From Candidatus Iainarchaeum sp. (GTDB taxonomy: Archaea > Iainarchaeota > Iainarchaeia > Iainarchaeales > 0-14-0-20-30-16): DNA of 32,000 bases. The stretch spans positions 90,001 through 122,000 of the forward strand of contig JAQTTP010000001.1 in the NCBI GenBank assembly GCA_028710695.1, read 5' to 3'. Positions 25,589 through 32,000 of this stretch are shown here, piece by piece. Each line of letters starts with the position of its first letter. Position 1 is the first letter of the stretch. The position numbers and the translations under genes were made by a program. The notes under the pieces are model-generated. The model ran no database searches and was not told where the DNA came from. It saw only the letters and a list, made by a program, of their open reading frames with translations.

Positions 25589-26608
25589 ATGGCAGAAACA
25601 ATAGTTTTAGACTTCGCTGAAGTTAAGAAACATGGGTTTGGGTTGAGAATGGCTCTGACCATTTCTGCGTATACTAAGCAACCAATAAAAATAACTAATT
25701 TTAGGGCTGACGATGAAAACAAAGGTTTAAGATGGAGAGATATTCTCTATGCCGGTGTGATTGCAAACCTTGGCAATGTTGAAATGAAAGGGTTTGACAA
25801 GAAAAGCACAGAAGTAGAGACAAATCCAAAGGGAATTCTTGGTGGAAGTAAGATAGTAAAAGTAAAAAATACAATTTCTGTTTCTGAATTAATAGTTCCT
25901 GCTGCAATGCTTTCTTTGGGCACTAAATCAAGAATTAGATTTATGGGTCCAACAGATTTAGATAACCTTGTTGCTCCAGAATTTATAAAATATAGCACTT
26001 TGTCATACTTAGAAAAAATGGGCCTAAAATACGATTTGGCTATTATTGGAAAGGGCTTTGAAGAGGAAGGATCTTTAGTTTTAAAGAACAACACTGCTGC
26101 TTTGCCAAAGAATTATTCTGTTTTACAAAAAGGAGATTTAGATACTATAAAGGCATATATTCACACAACAGGTTACAAGACACATGTGAATGATGAGATT
26201 TATACTTATGCAAAGCAGAGGCTTATGCAAACAGGAAAGAAAATTAATTTTATTTTGGAAGAAAACAAGTACATTGAAAATAATGTGAGGAATAAAGGGG
26301 CAAGTATGGCCCTTGTTGCATATTATGATAATGTTACTTTATGTGGCTGTGCAAGTGGAATTAAGAAAACAGTTCCTCTTATTGGCAAAGAAGCAGCAGA
26401 TAAGATTGTGGGATATTTAGCAAAAGACTTTAGTATAGATTCAGAGAATGCGGCAATACTTTTGCCATTCTTTTGCTTAACAAAGAAGAGCGAGTTTGTA
26501 ATAAATAAAACAAGCGATAAATACAACACAGCAAAGTATGTTTGTGAGAAACTATTCAAAAAAACAATAGAATTTGACAAAGAAACAAGAAAGGTTGTTA
26601 TATCATAG
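25589..26608 (+). CDS. RNA 3'-terminal phosphate cyclase family protein, divergent (RtcA/Rcl1-like)
   Basis: 339 aa, colinear with RtcA as I remember it. IVLDFAEVKKHGFGLRMALTISAYTKQPIKITNFRA aligns with [36 protein letters not shown]. The C-terminus SDKYNTAKYVCEKLF aligns with SCHLLTNIAVVERFL. Confidence 0.7.
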   Translation: MAETIVLDFAEVKKHGFGLRMALTISAYTKQPIKITNFRADDENKGLRWRDILYAGVIANLGNVEMKGFDKKSTEVETNPKGILGGSKIVKVKNTISVSELIVPAAMLSLGTKSRIRFMGPTDLDNLVAPEFIKYSTLSYLEKMGLKYDLAIIGKGFEEEGSLVLKNNTAALPKNYSVLQKGDLDTIKAYIHTTGYKTHVNDEIYTYAKQRLMQTGKKINFILEENKYIENNVRNKGASMALVAYYDNVTLCGCASGIKKTVPLIGKEAADKIVGYLAKDFSIDSENAAILLPFFCLTKKSEFVINKTSDKYNTAKYVCEKLFKKTIEFDKETRKVVIS

Positions 26609-26623
26609 AAATGGGCTTTGGAC

Positions 26624-26638
26624 CATAACCTTTATATA
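26624..26638 (+). promoter_or_regulatory. BRE/TATA-like element CATAACCTTTATATA
   Basis: Same 15-mer as 22111-22125. Lies 56 nt upstream of the TTG start and 80 nt upstream of the first ATG of psmB. Confidence 0.35.
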
Positions 26639-26693
26639 GATTACGTAACTAGAAAATAGGTATACTATTTTTAAAAAATCTTGAGGTGTTCTC

Positions 26694-27308
26694 TTGAACT
26701 CTTTTGACAAAGACTCTATGGGTAAAACAGGTACGACTATTGTAGGCTGGAAAGGTAAAGATTTTGTTCTACTTGTCTCTGACAGGCAGAGCACTTATGG
26801 AAGCACAATTGGAAACACCAAAGCAAAGAAAGTGTTTATAGTTGGAAACAATTTTGGTATCAGCTTTGCAGGTGGATTAGGGGATGCTCAAAAGATTATG
26901 CGTGTTCTTGATGGCCAAGTAAGATTATATGAAGTCGAAAGAGAGAAAAAAATGAAAACAGCAGCAATCTCAAATTATGTTTCAAATGTTTTGAATTATA
27001 CAAGATATTATCCTTATATGGCATTTTTCCTAATTGCTGGATTCGATTCAAAGCCAGAACTTTACAGCGTAGACTTAGTTGGTGGGTCCGAATCTATGGA
27101 AAAATACACAGCATTCGGGTCTGGAGCTATGTTTGCAATAGGATACTTAGAGCAGAACTACTCAGACAAGTTTAACAAAAAACAAGCTTTAGAACAAGTG
27201 GTGAAAGCAATAAGTTCATCAAAGAAAAAAGATGTTTATACTGGTGGAGAAGGGCTTGATTATATAATAATAGACAAAAATGGAATCGAAGAAGGAAACA
27301 TGGAATAA
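26694..27308 (+). CDS. psmB: proteasome beta subunit
   Basis: G|TTIVGWKG provides the catalytic Thr after a short propeptide; FGSGAMFA motif present. I keep the TTG start at 26694 because GAGGTG lies 5 nt upstream. The alternative is the ATG at 26718 (propeptide MGKTG). Confidence 0.9.
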   Translation: MNSFDKDSMGKTGTTIVGWKGKDFVLLVSDRQSTYGSTIGNTKAKKVFIVGNNFGISFAGGLGDAQKIMRVLDGQVRLYEVEREKKMKTAAISNYVSNVLNYTRYYPYMAFFLIAGFDSKPELYSVDLVGGSESMEKYTAFGSGAMFAIGYLEQNYSDKFNKKQALEQVVKAISSSKKKDVYTGGEGLDYIIIDKNGIEEGNME

Positions 27309-27338
27309 ACATTATTCTAATTTTTTTATTTATCACAG

Positions 27339-29243
27339 GTGTTATCATTGGAAGAAAACAAGGTTGCAGAGCTTATTAGAAACGTACTACCAAAAGAAAT
27401 TGAAATAACTAAGGTTGAATTTTTGGGTCCAGACATAACTGTCTATACAAAAAAACCAGAAGAATTCTATAAACAAGATACCTATGTTTCGAAAATCGCA
27501 GGAGTACTTAAAAAAAGAGTAAATATTAGGGCAGACAAAACAGTTTTAATGGAAATTGGACAAGCAAGGAAGGAAATTTTATCTTTAATTCCAGAGGATG
27601 CCCAAGTTTCAACAATAATATTTGATGCTTATTTTTCAGAAGTAATTATTGAGGCCTTAAAGCCAGGCTTAGTAATCGGTAAAGGCGGATCAACAACAAA
27701 AGCAATAATAGACAAAACAAAATGGACTCCCAATATTTTAAGAGCACCAATGATGAAAAGCAAGCTTTTGCCACAAATAAGAAAAGAATATTATGGCGAT
27801 GGCAAAGATAGAAAACAATTCTTAAAAGAAGTTTCAAAAGAAATATATGCTCCTAAAAGAAGCAATAAAGAGTGGGTAAGGGCTTGTTTTTTTGGTGGTT
27901 TTAGAGAAGTTGGAAGAAGTTGTATATTATTCGAAACAGCTAATTCAAAAGTAATGCTTGACTGTGGAATCAATGCGGCAGTAACTGATGAACCGTATCC
28001 TTTATTGGAAACTATAAGTTATCCCCTGTCTGAAATATCTGCAGTAATAGTGTCACACGCACACTTAGATCACAGTGGATTTGTGCCTTATTTATTTAAA
28101 GCAGGATATAGAGGCCCAGTATATTGTACTGCCGCAACAAGAGATGTAATGTACGCCCTGCAAAAAGATTATATGGACGTAATTTTAAAAGAAGGTAAAA
28201 TTCCGCCGTATTCTGAAAAAGATATAAATGAAATGCTAAAACATGTTATTACCAGAGAGTATGGAGAAGTAACAGATGTAAGTCCAGATATAAGAATTAC
28301 TTTATACAATGCAGCACATATCTTGGGGTCTTCTTCTGTGCATATCCATGTTGGAGATGGATTACATAATATGGTTTATTCAGGAGATATAAAGTTTGGA
28401 TTTACAAGACTTTTTAATCCTCCAGAAATAAATTATCCGAGAGTTGAATCTTTAATAATTGAAAGCACTTATGGTGGAGAGCAAGCACCAATGCCAAAAA
28501 GGCAAGATGCAGAAATGGAATTAATAAATACTATAAATAAAGTGGTTGAAAGGGGCGGCAATGTTTTAATCCCTGTATTTGCTGTTGGAAGAAGCCAGGA
28601 AGTTATGCTAGTTTTAGAGCATTACTACAAAGCTGGCCAGCTTAAAGCGAAGACAGTTTATATTGACGGCCTAATAAAAGAAATAAATGCAATACACACA
28701 GCATATCCGGAAAGCCTAAGAGAAACTGTGCAGAAAAGGATTTTAACTAATAATTCTCCTTTTAGTTGTGAACTGTTTAGGGAAGTTGAATCTAGAGACG
28801 AAAGAGAAAGTTTAGTTGCACAAAAAGGAAACATATTCTTGGCAACATCAGGAATGATGACTGGTGGCCCATCTGTAGAATATTTTACAAGAATGGCACA
28901 AGATGAGAAATCTGCAATACTATTTGTTGGATGGCAAGGAGAAGGTTCATTAGGTAGAAAACTTCAAAACGGCACAAAAGTAATGGCTTTAGTTGATGCA
29001 ACAGATTCTAAGTTAAAAAAGATCAATATAAACATGGAAGTTTGTACTGTTGAAGGATTCTCAGGGCACTGTGATAGATCACAGCTTTTGGCTTATATTA
29101 GAAATCTTTCAAGCCCACCAAGAAAAATAATTGTGAACCACGGAGAAGGAGAGGGCGCAGTAGACTTTGCTAAGTTTGTGTCTTCAAAATATAGAATAAA
29201 TTCTTCGGCTCCAAAGAATCTTGAATGTGTAAGATTACACTGA
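27339..29243 (+). CDS. aCPSF1-type KH-domain / metallo-beta-lactamase / beta-CASP ribonuclease
   Basis: 634 aa with a GTG start. N-terminal KH modules (VIGKGGSTTKAII), VSHAHLDHSG (HxHxDH), and a beta-CASP C-terminal region ending ...GHCD...NHGE. Confidence 0.9.
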   Translation: MLSLEENKVAELIRNVLPKEIEITKVEFLGPDITVYTKKPEEFYKQDTYVSKIAGVLKKRVNIRADKTVLMEIGQARKEILSLIPEDAQVSTIIFDAYFSEVIIEALKPGLVIGKGGSTTKAIIDKTKWTPNILRAPMMKSKLLPQIRKEYYGDGKDRKQFLKEVSKEIYAPKRSNKEWVRACFFGGFREVGRSCILFETANSKVMLDCGINAAVTDEPYPLLETISYPLSEISAVIVSHAHLDHSGFVPYLFKAGYRGPVYCTAATRDVMYALQKDYMDVILKEGKIPPYSEKDINEMLKHVITREYGEVTDVSPDIRITLYNAAHILGSSSVHIHVGDGLHNMVYSGDIKFGFTRLFNPPEINYPRVESLIIESTYGGEQAPMPKRQDAEMELINTINKVVERGGNVLIPVFAVGRSQEVMLVLEHYYKAGQLKAKTVYIDGLIKEINAIHTAYPESLRETVQKRILTNNSPFSCELFREVESRDERESLVAQKGNIFLATSGMMTGGPSVEYFTRMAQDEKSAILFVGWQGEGSLGRKLQNGTKVMALVDATDSKLKKININMEVCTVEGFSGHCDRSQLLAYIRNLSSPPRKIIVNHGEGEGAVDFAKFVSSKYRINSSAPKNLECVRLH

Positions 29244-29257
29244 TTTTGTAGGAAAAT

Positions 29258-29277
29258 GGTCCTGTTAAGTCAGGCCC
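29258..29277. terminator. imperfect hairpin between convergent genes
   Basis: GGTCCTG (29258-29264), loop TTAAGT, CAGGCCC (29271-29277): a 7-bp stem with one mismatch. It lies between the aCPSF1 stop and the HAD gene stop. Confidence 0.3.
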
Positions 29278-29292
29278 CTAAATAAAACTTAT

Positions 29293-29901
29293 CTACAGAA
29301 TCTTTTTTAATTCTGCTAAATTTTTTATTACTTTTTTATGGCCGTTGATGTGCCCATTTTTTTCATGTGAAACAAGAATGAACTTTGCATCTATTTCTTT
29401 TGCAAAAAGTAAATCTGTGTTAGAGTCACCCACCATATATTTCTCTTTGTAGTGGCTGTGTTTTAAATCTCCAATTATTTTTATATCTGGTTTTTTTATT
29501 CCTTTTCTGTTAGCCAGTTGTGTTGTTTCTGCAAAAAAGAATTCTTTGAAATATTTCTTTAACCCAAAAAGATCTAACTCTAACTCTGCTTTGTATAAAG
29601 GGGTGTTTGTAACTAAGAACAAATCGTATTTTTTGTGTAAGTATTCCATTACACTGTGTACATTTGGTTTAAGAGTTATTCTATTTTCTCTAATAAACTT
29701 TGTTCTATCATCCAGAGAATCAAAATCTCTCCAGAATGAATCTCTAATACTTCGTCCATCTAATATAGTGTTCAAAGTGTGTTCACAGTGTGGTATGTTT
29801 ATATCGTATTTTGGGAGCAAAATATTGTAAATTTGGGTGTGAGTGTCGGCAAGATCCACAAGAGTATCGTCAAGATCAAAGAAAATTGCAGACTCCTTCA
29901 T
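29293..29901 (-). CDS. HAD-superfamily hydrolase/phosphatase
   Basis: Motif I IFFDLDDTLV (DxDxT), motif II LVTNT, motif III K (IKKPD), motif IV VGDSNTDLLFA. Confidence 0.8.
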   Translation of the reverse strand: MKESAIFFDLDDTLVDLADTHTQIYNILLPKYDINIPHCEHTLNTILDGRSIRDSFWRDFDSLDDRTKFIRENRITLKPNVHSVMEYLHKKYDLFLVTNTPLYKAELELDLFGLKKYFKEFFFAETTQLANRKGIKKPDIKIIGDLKHSHYKEKYMVGDSNTDLLFAKEIDAKFILVSHEKNGHINGHKKVIKNLAELKKIL

Positions 29902-29949
29902 AATATCTAAAATAAACGTATATTTTTTAAAGAAAACCCTTATTTATAT

Positions 29950-30501
29950 ATGGTGAAATTGATTTCTAGTAAGGAACGTAAGAAGACTTGCGACCTGATT
30001 CAACAGCAAATTCTGAATGAAAATGGGGTTCCTCTGAAGAAAATATCTAATAATATTGCTTCTGAAGCCATTTTGACTAATGATAAAAACTTAATGTACT
30101 TCTCTTACTTGCCCTATATTTTGTATAAAATATTGACTCAGCCACATTTATTGCATTCTCCAAGGTGGAGATCAAATAAAAAGATAATACTTGACTATGT
30201 TGACTCTTTGGAAACAAAAGAGCTTACTGACTATGTTGACAGAGTGATGTATTTTATTGGAATGTTTAAAACTATTGACCGTGATCTGTATTATTACATA
30301 AAGAACATTTTCGAAAAAGCAAAAGTAAAGAAAGCATCCTATTGTTATGAGCACGGACAAAGCATAAATCAAACACTGAGTTTAACTGATGCGAACAGAA
30401 TAGAATTAATGCATTATCTAAATAACAGCAAAATAAATTTTGAAGTTGGAAAAGATATAATTTCTGAAAAAGTTGCAATTATTGAGGATTTTTTTAAGTA
30501 A
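29950..30501 (+). CDS. hypothetical protein (183 aa)
   Basis: Clean ORF. The TATA-like CGTATATTTTTT lies ~26 nt upstream of the ATG, so the transcript may be leaderless. No recognisable motif. Confidence 0.55.
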   Translation: MVKLISSKERKKTCDLIQQQILNENGVPLKKISNNIASEAILTNDKNLMYFSYLPYILYKILTQPHLLHSPRWRSNKKIILDYVDSLETKELTDYVDRVMYFIGMFKTIDRDLYYYIKNIFEKAKVKKASYCYEHGQSINQTLSLTDANRIELMHYLNNSKINFEVGKDIISEKVAIIEDFFK

Positions 30502-30518
30502 TATTTGGGGCAGATGAT

Positions 30519-31196
30519 ATGAAATATATATTTTTTGATTCAAGTAGTATAATTTCTTTGACTCAAACGAATATGCTTTTTTTATTAGAGAAATTAAAAT
30601 CAAAAGAAATAAAATTCTGTATCTCAAAAGCAGTATATGATGAAATAATACTTCCTGGCCAAGAGAATTATCAGTTTGGCTGGAGTTCAGAGCAAATAGC
30701 TGCTTGTATAGAGTCTGGGCTTATCGAAGTTCTTGAACTTGAAGAAAAAGAACAGAAAGATTATGATCTAGTGGATGAACAGGTTAATTCGATTTTCTCT
30801 ACAAAGTTTGGTCCAATTCAGATTCTTCAAAAAGGAGAACTAGAAACAATAATTTTGCTTAAAAGATTCAAAGAGAAAAAACTTTTTAGTATAGATGAAC
30901 TAATTACCAGAGAAATAATAGATGACCCGAGGAAACTCAAAGATATTGTAGAAAGAAGATATAAAACGCAGTTGTTTTTGGATGAAAAAAAGCTTAAACA
31001 ATTTGTAGACTATGTTTCCGATATAAAGGTTGTAAGGTCTGTAGACCTGGTGGCGTATTCTTTTGGAAAAAATCTTTTTGCAAAATACAGCAAAAAGAGT
31101 GAGCACCTTCTAAAATCTCTGCTTTATGCTTTAAAAGATAGTGGTTGTGCTGTTCTGCATGAGGAAATAGATAAATATGCTGCAGAACCTCATTAA
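30519..31196 (+). CDS. PIN-domain-like protein (COG2405/DUF3368-like N-terminal half), tentative
   Basis: KYIFFDSSSIISLTQTNMLFLLEKL...CISKAVYDEI and LQKGELETIILLKRFKEKKLFSIDELITRE follow the D...E...(GE.E)...D acidic pattern of PIN_3-type proteins. An extra ~90-aa C-terminal region is present. Confidence 0.45.
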   Translation: MKYIFFDSSSIISLTQTNMLFLLEKLKSKEIKFCISKAVYDEIILPGQENYQFGWSSEQIAACIESGLIEVLELEEKEQKDYDLVDEQVNSIFSTKFGPIQILQKGELETIILLKRFKEKKLFSIDELITREIIDDPRKLKDIVERRYKTQLFLDEKKLKQFVDYVSDIKVVRSVDLVAYSFGKNLFAKYSKKSEHLLKSLLYALKDSGCAVLHEEIDKYAAEPH

Positions 31197-31226
31197 TTTG
31201 TAATATAACTTCTATAAGTGATATTT

Positions 31227-31913
31227 ATGCCAAGACCAACAAGGAAAAAACCCACTTTAAGAAAAATAGCAGAAAGGGGATTTGCTTTTTCTGGAACTAC
31301 AAGGGAACATGGTCAAATTTTTGAGCGTCCACAACATAATATATTTATAGCATATAGACATGGATTTGTAGTAACAAAAGATATTTTAAAAGCCCTTATA
31401 TCTACTTTTGGAAAAAAGCACACAACAAAAGAAGGGCGAGATTCATTTAGGACCTCATTGAACTTTTCTTCTAGTTATTCAAAAAGAAATATTGATATAA
31501 AAAATGGTGAATTAATCTACACTTTTGAAAAAACGCCAGTAATACTGTATACTTATGATTATCATAATATGTTTGGGGGTACTGGGCTAGCGGAAGCTAT
31601 AAGAAAAAAACATCGTAGTCAGATGCCTTATGACGAGCCCATACATTCAAGAGCCCCTTTTCGATATTTTGAAATAACTCCTGATCTAGTGAGATCCGGT
31701 TTTGAAGTTTGGAAAAAAAGATATAACCCTACAGAAGATAGAATACATCTGGAGATTGAATGGCGTAAACGTAATAAGTGGCCATCAGATTTAGAAAGCA
31801 TTCAGACGTCAGATTTTATTCTCTTCTTAGACGATTATTTATACAAAAAATTTATAGTACATATAATCCGTGAGTATAAACAAGAGATTTCAAAAAGAAG
31901 AGTGCAAAAATAA
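31227..31913 (+). CDS. hypothetical Arg/His-rich protein (228 aa)
   Basis: The track start at 31218 is GTG; the ATG at 31227 gives MPRPTRKKPTLRKIAERGF. No recognisable family. Composition (R, H, W, Y) resembles the 14740-15933 product more than the Lys-rich bulk proteome. Confidence 0.55.
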   Translation: MPRPTRKKPTLRKIAERGFAFSGTTREHGQIFERPQHNIFIAYRHGFVVTKDILKALISTFGKKHTTKEGRDSFRTSLNFSSSYSKRNIDIKNGELIYTFEKTPVILYTYDYHNMFGGTGLAEAIRKKHRSQMPYDEPIHSRAPFRYFEITPDLVRSGFEVWKKRYNPTEDRIHLEIEWRKRNKWPSDLESIQTSDFILFLDDYLYKKFIVHIIREYKQEISKRRVQK

Positions 31914-32000
31914 AACTAGAAAATACACACCCAACAAATAGTTTATAAATCCTATGTGCAAATAAAATACACATACAAACAAAAAGAGGTGGATGAAATG

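Noticed and set aside
25701-26580. Minus-strand ORFs (68, 115 and 85 aa) inside the RtcA-like gene
   Set aside because: They are antisense shadows, and the + frame is colinear with RtcA over its full length.
1-32000. tRNA, rRNA, other structured RNA, CRISPR arrays, transposases or integrases
   Set aside because: No GC-rich islands of RNA-gene size stand out against the AT-rich background. No regularly spaced direct repeats are present, and no ORF has transposase or recombinase motifs. The only GC-rich spots are short terminator-type hairpins.

Overview
This is a visibly AT-rich, densely coding archaeal chromosome segment. Diagnostic genes are RFC large and small subunits, CDC48/VCP, ATP-dependent DNA ligase, proteasome beta, aCPSF1 and pilins with class III signal peptides. 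The lysine-rich proteome, small genes and abundant Cys-rich surface proteins suggest an uncultured DPANN-like lineage, but that is inference only. I support about 30 CDS and saw no rRNA, tRNA, CRISPR array, transposase or integrase.

Main observations:
1. A co-directional, tightly packed 8.8-kb block (2263-11063) looks like a pilus-plus-adhesin unit. It encodes four tandem ~60-aa mini-pilins, one of which (2263-2442) is absent from the ORF track. It also encodes an A24 prepilin peptidase, two larger pilin-like proteins and three secreted Cys-rich proteins. Two of these are tandem paralogous giants (795 and 1038 aa). Each carries a Myxococcus-type Cys repeat, a CARDB-like domain, arrays of a six-Cys module I cannot name, and a pilin-like N-terminus.
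2. The matching assembly core lies 5.9 kb away (16952-20696): a FlaI/TadA-like ATPase plus two single-domain TadB/C-like platform proteins. Together with item 1 this resembles an Epd/Tad-like pilus with a candidate adhesin or host-attachment cargo.
3. A 450-aa thymidylate synthase has its ThyA core sandwiched between an MtrA-like N-domain and a DUF4346-like C-domain.
4. An RtcA-family protein has Lys where the catalytic His should be.
5. An HExxHxxxH protein appears translationally linked to rfcS and sits next to cdc48.
6. An unlisted 38-aa protein with 22 Lys has its own Shine-Dalgarno (SD) sequence and terminator.

All family assignments come from motif recognition by eye. No searches were run.
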